Assembly: GCF_009914755.1 (NCBI RefSeq)
Contig: NC_060927.1
Reading direction: 5' to 3' (one strand)
Length of the DNA stretch: 64,000 nucleotides
DNA from: the human T2T-CHM13v2.0 reference genome, Homo sapiens
A program made the translations under genes and the position numbers. Shown piece after piece: positions 48,229 to 61,340 of the stretch. The notes beneath the pieces are model-generated. The model searched no databases. It was given only the letters and a program-made list of their open reading frames with translations, and was not told the origin of the DNA. The stretch's first letter is position 1, and every line of letters starts with the position of its first letter.

Positions 48229-48270
<42 letters not shown>
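48222..48270. repeat. (GT)n microsatellite
   Basis: GT run. Confidence 0.95.
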
Positions 48271-48273
<3 letters not shown>

Positions 48274-49756
48274 GCATGTTGGCTAAGTATGGAGGAAGGG
48301 AATCATTGTAGGAAAATTTAATCCTGAGATTTTGTGGCTACACTCACTTTAAACCCAAATATGTGGGTTGGATCAATCCTTGGTTATATATGGGAGATCA
48401 CTTAGTGGTCAGGCCAGGTCTAAACCATTAGGTATTGAGCCACTATGGAGCAAACAAAGAGAAACATGAGACTTCAAAATGAGCCCACCCCCATGTTAAA
48501 CGTGCTCTACACTTCAGCATGCTCCAGGGACTGTGAATCAGAAAAAGTCAACTGCATTTTGAAGTGTCGGCACGTAACATTTTCTTTTCCTTTGTTATGG
48601 AATTCCAAAACTATACTGTACAGATTACCTAATATATTCTGAAAGCTATCAAGCAAGCAATGTAACACTTTTTTTGTGGACAATGATTTTAATTAAATAA
48701 ATGCCATTTCTTGGAGACAATTTACCTCTTGAGTATAGCTGGTCTTCATCTTATTTTACACAAGCTATCTCTTGGGGGCATAAATTTCCAGGCAAGGAAA
48801 CAGGAAAATTTATTGGCTATTTGATTTACATGTTTATTGGGCTCTCCAAAGGCTTTACTATTTAACTGGTCATTGAAAGTAGAACAGGGGTGGGGTGGAT
48901 TATATTCAATTTAATGGAAGATTTAGGTAAAGTCTTTTGAAGGAAAAAATATGGGTCAACTTTTAAAATATTTCACTTTCAGTAAACAATTGTATCTATT
49001 ATTTTAGTGGCTATCTACCAAGAGCTGAATCATTCTGTACAGACTGAATTCTTTAGTCCATGTCTCGAGTTTTAAGTTTTCCATGCTAAGAAGTGCTTTA
49101 ACTTAAATGTGTCAATAATGATGCTGCTGTGGAATTGTGTCATACTATTCCCACGAGCAGCCCAGAATAGCTCCCAGGCTTGGAGTCTAATCTTTATTCC
49201 TGGAGGTGGCAAGAGTAGGTTGTCATGGAGCTAGTGGAGAAATCAGCAGACTCTATTTATGTGGCGAGGGAGAGGATACAGTCTTTCTTCTGTAAAATTT
49301 TAGAATGAGGCTGTTCCGCAAGGACATTAGTCTGAGTGCTTTAAAAAAAGAGCGTGTACTCTACACGTGGAGGCTCAATAAAGTTTGTTTACAGTGCTGA
49401 GAGTGATTCCATATTCACATCCCAAATATAAGGCCAGTTGCCATCCTTCAATTATTCTCTCACAAATACAGTGGCTCCTCCTCTCTTCAGTAAGAGTAAT
49501 TGTATCAGTTAGAGAATATTTCCTTTACTACCAGGAATTCTGAGAATTAGAATCCTCTTCCTTGACGGAAAGGCACTAGATTGACAATTTTGCAAATGCA
49601 CGTGCTCTCTTTTTGCTTTAGGTTATCATTCTTGCGGACCATTTCCCTTAGTATCTCGAAGCGTCTGACTGACAGGGTTTGAATCCCAGATCTGCCACTT
49701 ACTTACTAATCCTTTGAAACTAAGCAAGTAAAAGAATGTTATTAAATTCATAATAC

Positions 49757-50674
49757 TGATAGGAACAGGATGCAGGGAGATCCTGGGCAGAAGACAGTGG
49801 GTCTCTGGCGAGGGCCCCACCCTCAAGCTGAAAAGCCTGGAACCATGGCCAAAAGTAAGAGCTTGCATCCCTGTTTTCCTGCTCGAATGTTGCCTTTCCA
49901 CCCACAGCCCCACCCCACCCCCGTCCTGTGCCTGTAAAAACCCCAGAGCTCAGCCAGCAGAGAGGAGAAGCAGCTGAATGTCAGAGACTGGGATGGATGT
50001 TGGAGAGAAGTGGTTTGACTTCAGAGGGACAGCTTAACGGTGTAGCTTCGGAGAGGAGTCCGGTGGGGATGGCCCGACTCTAGGGGAAGATCACCTTCTT
50101 GCTCCATCCCCTCTTCACCTCCCCTTTCTGCTGAGAGCCACTTTCACTGGCAATGAAATCCCCTGCATTTACCATCTCCAGTTAGTTCATGCAACCTCAT
50201 TCCTTCTGGATGCCAGATAAGAACTCGGGTGCCACGAGTGTGGGTGCAAAAACTGTCACACTGACCCTCCGCTGAGCTGTTAACACTGAAAAACTGTCAC
50301 ACTGACCCTCCACTGAGCTGTTAACACTGAAAAACTGTCACACTGACCCTCCGCTGAGCTGCTAACACTGAAGCCATCTGCAGATGGCAAAGCTCAAAGG
50401 GTTTTGTCATACTCCGTCTGGGGCTTCAGGGGTCGCGAGCACCCCCCTGGAGGCTGTCGCGGGACCCACATGGAGTTTTGCTCCTGCCAGCACCCAAAGG
50501 TGCTCACCCCAGCTCCTGCGCTCGCTCACCTGCGCCCCCTCCCTTGAGGAGTGGAAGTGAGACCAACCGAGTGAGTCCAGCGCGAAAGCAGCCAGCGAGG
50601 TCCAGGGCCTGTGAGGTCCAGGGCCTGTGCGCTCCAGTTCCCGCCCACGAAGGGGGCAGGAAATAGCTGCTTCA
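49757..50674 (+). mobile_element. ERV1 solo LTR, LTR1-family (related to 6780-7567)
   Basis: TGATAGGAACAGG...GGCCCCACCCTCAAG...CTGCTTCA. Shares motifs with the LTR at 6.8 kb (gttgccttt, tcctgt, ggggaagat, ctgtcacact, ctgagctg). Confidence 0.75.
50248..50370. repeat. 3 x 41-bp minisatellite inside the LTR
   Basis: aaaaactgtcacactgaccctcc(g/a)ctgagctg(t/c)taacactg starting at 50248, 50289 and 50330. Confidence 0.95.
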
Positions 50675-50721
50675 ACATCACTTGCTCTTTTTTTTTTTTT
50701 TTTTGAAGGAAGAATTCATAA

Positions 50722-51059
<338 letters not shown>

Positions 51060-52074
51060 ACATTTTTGTTTTAATTTGGGTTTTTGTCACAGTGAGAACT
51101 GGAAAAAAACAAAAACAACAAAACAAAACAGAAAAACCTCTGCTGAATTACCTGTAAACGACCTTATGATAAAATATTCTGTTTTGTCTTCTCTGTATAT
51201 ATATTTTTTACAATTGCTTTAGTTTCAGATAATATTCTGTACAATTTGTAATTTAGAGATAAATAATCAAATATTCATACATATATGAAGCATTAAAGAA
51301 AAATTTCAAAAACTCTGAAACGTCATGGCATCCAGTAAGAACAAAGTTTCTGTAGGAATTTGCATAGAAAAAGGCAGCTGGACTTAACATAGCATCTCAC
51401 GGCACCTTTAAGAGGTCCTTAGCTATAGCAGCCAGCCCTATCTTCATATTGCAAGAGATAATTAGTTTCAGCTGAATACTCCCATCCATCACTTTAAAAT
51501 GAGATATTGACTCAAATTTTAGAAGTTACAACTTTTTTTTATATTTAAAAATGTTATAGTTGCCCAAGGACTTAAACATACAAAACTTAAACCTAGTTAT
51601 ATATTTGCTAACTTAATTTACATTTAAGTAATGTAAAACAAATATCAGTCAGAAATCAGAGTGTTTCTTTTAAAACAATTGTCTTACACCAATCAAATTT
51701 GAATATAGCTACTATATTTTATTATTATTATTATTATATAGGACCCATATGCATAAATACTGAAAACTAAGACCTGGCTATAAAGTTACTAAGTGTTAGA
51801 TTTAATGGGTTTTTTTTTTCCTGATTTTCCATATGTATAAAAGTTTTACTTGAAGAACTCTGCATTTAAGGAAGCATCCAAAGTAATTTTTTTCTATAAA
51901 AACACAGAAAAACTGTGTTATAGCATACCAGTAATGCACAAGGAGAAAGTCATATTACAGAATTAAAATATTGCTATTACATAAAAAATGCTATAAGATT
52001 ACTTTAAAACCTCCTACCTAGATTGCTTCAACTGCAATTCAGAATAACATATTAATTTAAATCTAGAAAGGCCT

Positions 52075-52280
52075 AGAACTGAATTCTGTCTCAGCTTTTG
52101 ATTGATTCAGTTTTCATTCTTGGTCAAGTTATTTAATATTGCTGAATTTTAGCTCTCCTCATCTGTAAAATGGAGACCCTAAGGCTACCTGGGAAGATCA
52201 TTTTGAGGATTCCGTCTGGTATTGTGAAAGATGCCTGGTCTGTGCTATTCCATACTGGGCCTCCAACAGATGTTTAGCCT
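52075..52280 (+). mobile_element. MIR
   Basis: caagttatttaa...ctcctcatctgtaaaatgg core. Confidence 0.7.
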
Positions 52281-52505
52281 TTTTCCCATTGTCTCCATAG
52301 TTTCATAAATGGAAATGCCTTTTCCCTTCCCCTTTAATATCCAGCCTCCTTCACACCTTCTCCTGCTGGCGAGACGTTGCTAGGTTCCATATATCCAGCC
52401 AGTCAAAGTCTGTGTGTGCCATGACTGAGTTGTACACATAAAATAGCAGCTGAGGCAGACACGGTCTTTTTTTCCCCGGAATCACACATCCATGTGTTAA
52501 CTGAC

Positions 52506-52888
52506 TGTCTTAGTCTCTTGTGTTTTGCTAAAGCAGAATACCTGAGACTAAGTAATTTACAATGAAGAGAAATTGATTTGGCTCGCAGTTCTGGAGTTTG
52601 GATCGAGGAGATGCATCTGGTGTTGGCCTTCTTGCTGCAGCATTCCCTGGCAAAAAGGTGGGAGGGCAAACAAGCTCACATGAGAGATGGAGGGTAAGGG
52701 GGCTGAACTCATCTTTTTATCAGGAACTGACTCCCACTATAACTAAGTCACTCCATCATAATAGCATTAATCCATTCATGAGGGCGGAGTCTTCATGACT
52801 TAATCTCTTCTGAAAGATCCTACTTCCCAACAGTGTTGTAGTGGAGATTAAGTTTCTATAACATAAACTTTGGGGGTCATTCAAACAT
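52506..52888 (-). mobile_element. MaLR LTR (MSTD-like)
   Basis: tgtcttagtc...agaatacctgagact...gcattaatccattcatgagggcggag...tttggggg-cattcaaac. Confidence 0.8.
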
Positions 52889-54290
52889 TTCACCCCTCGC
52901 TCTCCAGGGTTGCAGTCTCATGTCTGCAGCTTTCTCAGGCTGCAGTTGCAATCTAGTGGCCCTGCAGTTCCAGGAGCTCAGGGGCTGCTCCACTCTCAAG
53001 GCTTCACTAGGCATTGCCTTAGTAGGGAATCTCTGTGATGAACCCACCCCTATGGCAAGTCTCTGTCTGGGCCCCCAGGCTGTCTGATACGTCCTTGGAA
53101 ATCTTAGTGGAGATTGTGGCCATTAAACCGTGGCCCCACAGCTCTTCCATTTTAGGGACCTGCAGATTTAATATGATGTGGACATCGCCAAGGTTTTCAG
53201 CTTGTATCTTCTAGAGCCATGGGTCAAGCCACACACACCTGGACTCGCTTGAATTACAAGTGTGGTGGCCAAAGGGTGCTGTTTTGGAATTCAGGGAGCA
53301 GAGTTCTAGGGCAGTGCAGGGCAGTGAATGCTGTGGTCTTGCAGGCACCTCTCTCAAAACGTTGCTCTCAACGCCCTAGCTTGCTTAGAAGATCTCAGAA
53401 TTGCCTGATAAGATACGGTCATTATCTCTTTATCCTGATGAAGAGAATCTGGCTTTCTTCTGTCCATGTTAATTACTTTAGGAAAGGGTTGCTTAGCCAC
53501 ACCCTTAGTGATATGGATTTGTTGCGTCCCGACCCGAATCTCACCTTGAATTGTAGCTCCCATAATTGTTGTTAGGAGGGACCTAGGGGGAGATGATTGA
53601 ATCACGGGGGCGGTCTCCCCCATACTGTTCTTGTGTTAGTGAATAAGTCTCACGAGATCTGATGGTTTTACAAGGGGTTTCCACTTTCACTTGACTCTCT
53701 GTCTGTCTGCCACCATGTAAGATGTGCTTTCGCCGTCCACCCTGATTGTGCGGGCTCCCCAGCTGAGTGGAACTGCGAGTCCGTTAAACCTTTTTCTTTA
53801 TGAATTACCCAGTCTCAGGTATGTCTTCATCAGTAGCACGAAAATGGACTGACAGACTTTTTTATTATTTACATGGCCAGCCTGGAAAATTTCAAAATCT
53901 ATCCATTTTGCTTCCAATTATAAATTTTATCTTTAAATTATTTTTTCTTCCCTAATTTTATTGTAAGCAGTCAAAAGAAGCCATGTAGCACTTTGAACAC
54001 TGTGCTACTTAGATATTTCCTCAGCCAGATATCCTAGTACATTGCTCATCAGTTTTGCCTTTCAGTCTTACGACGTGAACATTATTCTGTCAAATTTTTG
54101 CAACTGTATAATAAGGATTTCCTTTACTCCATTCTCCAACACTTTCTTCCTCATTTTTGTCTGAGATCTCATCAGAATGGCCTTGAATATTCATATTTCC
54201 AGCAACATTCTGATCATAACCACTTAAGTAATCCCTTACAAAATTTAGGCTTTCCCTATATCTCTTATCTTCTTATGAGAAGAGACCACT
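52889..54290 (-). mobile_element. MaLR internal sequence (MST-int-like) interrupted by THE1
   Basis: cagctttctcaggctgcagttgc, cttcactaggcattgcc, aagaagccatg and tgagatctcatcag motifs, adjoining the LTR. Confidence 0.7.
53509..53856 (+). mobile_element. THE1 (C/D-like) solo LTR
   Basis: tgatatgg...aatctcaccttgaattgtagctcccataat...gaataagtctcacgagatctgatggtttta...ttacccagtctcaggtatgtc. Confidence 0.9.
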
Positions 54291-54436
54291 CTTTTTTAAA
54301 TAAACAAACAAAAACAATTACTGACTCAGCAACAAGATGTGTGCATAGCTTATTCATGAATCAATTCATTCCTTTTAAATGACACTTGATGCATTTGAAA
54401 GAGCATTTTATATATCATTATTAAATTAGAAATAGA

Positions 54437-54818
<382 letters not shown>

Positions 54819-55980
54819 CTATTTGATAAAATAATATTAAATTAATTTGTATGGCTAGCTGTACTAATTTCAAATTATGCTCTTTTGGAAAAAAATATGG
54901 ATGTCCCAAAGTTAACATTACAGGTATTTGTGGGGCATTTTAAGATCTAAGTTAAAGAGAACTAGGAAGTGTTCTAAGTAAATTTCTGAGACACCACAGG
55001 GTAAGGGTTCTCAGCTAGCATGTCTCGTGTTACTTCAGATGGCTGTCAGATGCTCATATCTGATTCTGTAAAAAGTGGATTATCTCTGAAGTCATGGTTT
55101 CAACGTGCAAATTTTGATTTTACTGAGAATATTTAAAAGATAATTGTGGTTCCTAAGAGACTTTTAAAAAATGGATTTAGAAATTAACTGTAAAAGTTCA
55201 AGGAAGCCAAGCAAGCATTTCTATGAGTTGAATTATGTATTTAAATATACTTGTGTGGAAGGGGTATGTAAAGTCAGATCAGCTAGAGAAAAATGACTTC
55301 TCAAGAAGTTATTCACATAAAGACCTATGTGACATAACCTGCAAAGTTTAATATTCACTAAAAGCTCTATTCCAAAAATAATATTAAATTTTATCATCTT
55401 TTAAAAAAATTAAATCTGGTATTCTTAATCTATTATGAGGTGTCTGTCCCAATGTGAAACAAAGTTTTCCCTAGGTGGGAGGACTCTACATCTGCTTGGG
55501 CAATGGAAATCATATGATTTGAGTGATGGGCCTGGATGAGTTTAAAATCATGAAAAGCACAATTATTTTCTTCTTTGTCAATGAGAAATACCAATAAATG
55601 TCATCAGAGAGGCAATGGCATATTCTTGTGTTCTAAATATTTGGGTCATTTCCATAAAAAGGCTGCAGTTTTCAGAGACAAATGTGAATCCTGAACTCTA
55701 GAACCAGATCATATTCATACCACTAGAAATAGAGGTAAAGAAATGACCTAGAATTATGAATATAAACTGATATTATTTACGAACCTCTAATCTGTAATAT
55801 TTGAAATATTTTGTTCAAAATAATAAAGAAAAAGGGTATATCTTGGACATAATTTTTCTTATGCTATTCTGTTTTTATACTTTGCTTGAGCACTGTAAGG
55901 AGACTTTGGCAAAGTAGTCAGCATTTAATTCATTTGAAAAGGTAATGAAAATATTTTTGTTTTTCCTTTAATGATATATA

Positions 55981-56188
55981 GCCTGGGCAACTTAGCGAGA
56001 CCCTATCTCTACAAAAATAAATAAATATGTAAATTAGCCAGGTATGGTGGTGCACCTGTGGTCTTAGCTACTCGCTGAGGTCTGACAATGGCTTGAGCCC
56101 AGGAGCAGTTAGAGGCTGCAGTGAACTGTGATTGCCACTCCACTAGAGCCTGAGTGACAGAGACCCTATCTCAAAAAGAAAGAAAAAA
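55981..56188 (+). mobile_element. Partial AluJ
   Basis: Starts in the middle of the left monomer (gcctgggcaac...gagaccct) and continues through a diverged right monomer. Confidence 0.85.
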
Positions 56189-56639
56189 TAGTTTTCTGCT
56201 CTTCTAGTGAATAGTGATTTCCACATTAAGTCAATGTATTCATTTTTTAATTGAATCAATACAAAGCCTAATTTGTCTAATGCAGTAGATATTTTCCAGA
56301 GAGTAAACAGAGGAAGCAGCTTTACAATATATTAAGCAATTAAAATACTTCTTTTTTTTTTTTTTACTTTTTGAGAGAATGATGATTTTGGACCCCTCTC
56401 CTATGGTGGAAACTTAACATCTGAAAACTGAAGTACAAAATATTCTTTTTTTAGGGTCTTACATGATGTTGAAGTTGAATACCTTTCGGAACTATTAGAG
56501 AGGTGGAGAAAATTGTTCCACTTTTTAAAATTTGGTTTTATTATAAGTTGTGTTTATTCTTAATAATCTTTAGTTTGTTGTCAAACAAGATTGAGAAGTT
56601 AAAGCGATTCTGATATCACATTTGTTAAAGGCCCACTCT

Positions 56640-56830
56640 GTTCTAGGCACTTATTTCACTTACTTTTATTTAACCATTATTTCCATATTGAACCAGCATT
56701 TTCTCTTGACATAAGGGGAAACTGAGAGTCAAAGGGGTTAAGTGTCTTGCTCCGAGTCACCCATCAAAAAGTGGCAGAATAAAAACAAGGTCAGATCTTC
56801 TGACACAAGGTCTAATGACTTTTCCATTCA
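56640..56830 (-). mobile_element. MIR
   Basis: ggaaactgagagtcaaaggggttaagtgtcttgc...gtcac...agtggcaga. Confidence 0.75.
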
Positions 56831-57337
56831 ACTTCAATTGCCAGTTTTGTGTGTAATAGGGGCAGGTTCCTCTATCTGTCTTTTCTGAGAGGGAAACGTA
56901 TTCCGAAATGTAAAGTTTAAACTGTGCTGTTAAAAGGAAGAACTAGAGAAGGTGAGACTTTCCACTAAGATTCCAAAGATATAGGAAAGTAAATTTTAGA
57001 TTAACACTGGGGAGACTGGATTTTCTTTTGGTAAAGGGACAGAGAAATGTAAGGTTACCCAGTGAAATATGAACTCAGAGGAACAAAAATCTATTTGGAG
57101 GTTTTGAAATCAAATTAAGTTACATGAGTCCAAAATGTTGAGCAAGCCTTTCTTAAAGGCACCTGTAAATGTAAAGAAAAAAGTTGGTAAAGTGAAAATG
57201 ATAAGAATTCATAAAATCAGCATTCTGTAAAGTGCGTGAAGTTTTAAAACCAATTCAACTATGAGTAGATGTCATGTAGGCAGGGAATATAGTAAAGCCC
57301 CATTCTTTGGAGTTGCTAACCATGTGACCACAAATCT

Positions 57338-57357
57338 CCACTGCCACCTTGTGGTGG
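57338..57357 (-). promoter_or_regulatory. Putative CTCF site
   Basis: Minus strand CCACCACAAGGTGGCAGTGG; CCACAAGGTGGCAG matches the core CCASYAGRKGGCRS at 13 of 14 positions. Confidence 0.55.
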
Positions 57358-58269
57358 TATGTATATTTCAGAGACAGGCTCTGAAGAAAATTGACCTCTG
57401 AAGTGCTGAGAGGTAAAATAAAAGGTGTCTGGTGGTAACCAACCTCCCACTTTCTGAACTCAGGAACCAGACAGATTTGGGGAACACAGGATCCCTCTTT
57501 TGGAGTTACTATCCAAATTCCTACCATAGCAATTTAGGAGATACCATAGATTTGGAGAGCAGGGCTATTATACAGACATCACAAGGGTGAAAACCTTGAG
57601 CAAGAGTAGGAACTGAATTTTCTTTCAGATTCTTTTGTGTTCATGGTGGAGGAAGATATTCTATTTTCAAGAGGATCCTAAATATCCAATGCAGTTTTCA
57701 TCTAGAAAAAATTTTAATCTATTCTGTATAAAGCAATGAGGTAACATTCTCGTCAAAGGAAATCCTATGGGTATGTGAGAATGGAAGGCTTCCAGTCACT
57801 TCTTTACATTTAGTTGCATTCATAAACGTGACCAATGGTGTTTCTGTCTAGAGCTTAATGGGTTACTTCCGCTTATACACCAGTTGTGCTTTCAACTCTG
57901 AGCATGACATCAGGAAATGTGTTTGATTCCAAAATGATCAATTACAGAAGCATGTGATAGCTAATGTGCCTGTAAACTCATTAACCGAATGAAGCCACCT
58001 AATTGTCAACAGTTCAACAGAATTTTGTCTGCAGGTTATTTGTTTTTAGGTGTCAGTGGTATTCCTGTTTTAATTTCGCCAGCAGAAGTGGGATTAATAG
58101 ATCAAAATAGTATTACAGCACATGACAATAGATGACAAGCAAAGACAAATCTAAAATTATTCTGATTGATCATTCTATAATTGTAATAAAACATCAGTAC
58201 TTAAGTGTAGTCATCATTTATTTTATTTTTTATAGTGCTCAAAAATATTTATAATGTATCTGTGCTAAA

Positions 58270-58420
58270 AACAAGTCTCTACCAACTGCATAACATGTAA
58301 TTTGAGCAAATTATTTAACCTCTTCCCTTTTATGCACAATGAAGATAACATTAACATCATTAAGAATAAATGGGTAATAAAAGTAAATCATGGGACATTC
58401 TCAATAACTGTGTGTGTGTA
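58270..58420 (+). mobile_element. MIR fragment
   Basis: tttgagcaaattatttaacctct...aatgaagataa. Confidence 0.55.
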
Positions 58421-60384
58421 TGTGTGCATGTGAAAACTATAAACAAAAAAAATCTCTTTTATTCAGCAGAAACATCTTGACATCTTATATCTTAATAAAC
58501 CTGCAAGTTAAATAAGAGGAGGGCTTAAGCATTAGTACAAAAAACTATTATACAGTGCTTTATTTGTGGAGAATATTGATGGAGAAAGGAGGAAAGAGGA
58601 AAAGCCTATTCCCAAGAGAGGCTTCTGCGAAGAGCAGAGCATGAAACCAAGGCTCTCGAGGAACACCAAAACAAACAAACTCTGGCAGTGTCTGAGTAAG
58701 CCAGCCGTCTTTCTCTCAATAATTTTTATTGTGCACCCAATGATTTCTCAGGCAATTTTTAGAGCCTTTTGGAAAGTGGTCTCCAAATTATGCACTAATA
58801 CAACACTGCTAATGAAAGCCCTCATTGCAACTCATTAGCTCTCACTTTTTTTTGCTAATCCACAAATTCTGTCCTATGTGGTGGACACCTGGCAGTACAC
58901 CCCTCAGCCCCATATCTCAGCAGAGATGTAATTGCCAAGGCCTGGAGCGAGGTTTCATATTACCTAGACGTGTGGCTTATGCAAGCTCTTCCATGAGACT
59001 GTCTGTTGTCAATAATTAAGAGCTATCAAAACACTTGGCTAATTTACACTTGATAATCTGAAATGAGGGCCCCTGTGATCACCAGCTTCTGTCTTATTAT
59101 TTAAATACACATAGTATAAAAAAAGCAGAATGGGGCCAAAGCAAGCCATATCAGGGAAAAGACCGGCTTTCCAGCAAACAAGATATAGCCCAGTGGTTGT
59201 AAGCAAGTACAGCACAAGGCTGAACAAACATGGCCCAGTGAGTGCTTTTTATGGCTGAGAAGCTTCACAGAGCAGGTGGGATTGTAGAGGATCTTTTGAA
59301 CACTGAGATGTGGGGACCTGGCAAAGTTTAATTGGCAAGCTGTTGTAGTCAAATGCAGAGACCATGAAAATGGGCATGCGTTATGGACATGAGTAGGGAG
59401 CTCGCATGGTATTTCAAAAAGAGTGATTGCTAGAAATAATAGGAAATAACTATGTATGAACAGAAAAGAAATAAAACCATTAATTTTTAGGAAGTGCAAA
59501 TAGTCAAAATAAAGAAGGGCAGTGCAGTCTGTATGTAAACAGTGAAAAACCCTTTGCACAGTTGTACTTGGGTTTTCAGCAACATTAGCTTAGCATAGGA
59601 ATGACTGCGTAACTAATCTCATTATTTGTTCAGAATTCAGGGCATTTCTGATTTTCTAATTCCAACTTACAAGATAAGAGATAAGTGGCGTAATTGAAGA
59701 TGTTGTTACCAGTATTTTTGGTTCGTATTATGGGTTAAATTCAGCAATACATATTGAGAAAAAATAATGTGTAATAACAAGGAACAAAACCTTTTGATAA
59801 TAATATGTCAAGATATGTCATTTTAACCTATCTGATAAGGAAAGTGCTTTGTTATAATGCCATTTAAACCTTTTTTAGCTAAAATGTCTTGACTAGAATT
59901 TGGGGAAAAATAACTTACATTAAACTCTGCTATACTGGAAGTGTATGAAAAAGAGTATTGATTTTATAACCTGTTGGTGAGACACATTTCCTTGTGAATG
60001 AAAATACAGTGGGCTGTAAAGTTTGAAGTAAAGTGTCAACGTGTCAGAGTAAGGGCCACATGCCGTGAAAAATGTGTATAAGAGATTTGAAAGGCGCATG
60101 TAGTTCAGATTCACTTGTATAAAGTTCGAGTGAAAGTGTAGCTGGAAATTTTAGGTCAACACTCAAGTTAAAAGCAAGATTACTGCTGGCTTAAGTTATA
60201 ACCAAAATAATGAGAAAATATACTAAATAACCTGTGAGAGAGGGAAATATGAGTGCTATAAAAGTTTAAGTCTGTTACTTTTTACCTAATTGTATATTCC
60301 TCCCCAATATTTTTAAGTTTAGAAATTGAGAAATTATACTCATTTTTGTCAGAGGAAGAGATAGTTTTAAAAGTCCAGGTAAGA

Positions 60385-60560
60385 TTAGCTGGCCATGGTG
60401 GTACACACCTGTAATCCCAGCTGCTCAGGAGGCTGAGGAACAAGAATCGTTTGAACCCGGGAGGTTAAGACTTCAGTGAGCCGAGATCGCACCACTGCAC
60501 TCCAGCCTGGGTGACAGACGGAGACTTTGTCTTAAAAAAAAAAAAAAAGGAAGAAAAAAA
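60385..60560 (+). mobile_element. 5'-truncated Alu (right monomer)
   Basis: ttagctggcc... plus A tail. TSD aaaagtcca(gg/at)taaga. Confidence 0.9.
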
Positions 60561-60859
60561 AAGTCCAATTAAGAATTTCATGCCTTTCAACACTTCCTTT
60601 TGCTGATCCTCTTCTTTTAAATTCCACCTCATCTTCAAAGTCTAGCATCAAGGCCTCCTTAATGACCTTCTAGCTATGAATAAGCTAAATATCTCTTCTC
60701 AACTTCCAAATACCATTCTTTGGGAATTTATCTATGTACAAGAAGGTTGTCTTGGGGACAAAATTTCTTTTAATTCATGGATGCTTTGCAAGGAGTTTCC
60801 TTACATACAAATCCTTCTTGATTGGATGGTGCTGGATTCTGTCTTTGCTTCTTTCTATA

Positions 60860-61340
60860 TTCTCCCACTTCACATTCCAGCTCTGCTGAACAGTTGACTG
60901 ATCTCTGCACAGTCAGTTCTCTTTTCCTGGATTGTCTTTTCCTGCACGTCTCCTTGGCTAATTTCTTCTAAGCCTTCAGCTTTCATTTAAGATCTCACTT
61001 CCTGATACTCTCCTCGTATTCACATCCAATTTAACGACTCTGCGCTCTGTTCTCAGAAAATTACCTTCTGCTATTAAGATTAGCATTTCACACACCTGTT
61101 ATTGCCTGCTTTCTTGTCTGTCTCCTTGAACAGAATTTCTTCTCTCTCTGAGATGAGAATCATAAGATTCATGGTCAGTGCTAAAAAAAATTAAGAATGC
61201 ATGTAAGAATTAGCGTTCATAGAATGTAAGCACCATAGAAGTTGCGAATTTGTTTTGCGTGTCTCTATATCTCTGGTGCTTGGAACCATGCCTGGCCCAC
61301 AGTATATCTTCAATAAAATAGTGGTTGAATGAATCAGTGA
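60860..61340 (+). mobile_element. L2 3' fragments
   Basis: cttgtctgtctcc...agaatgtaagcaccat...ccatgcctggc...caataaa...ttgaatgaat. Confidence 0.7.
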
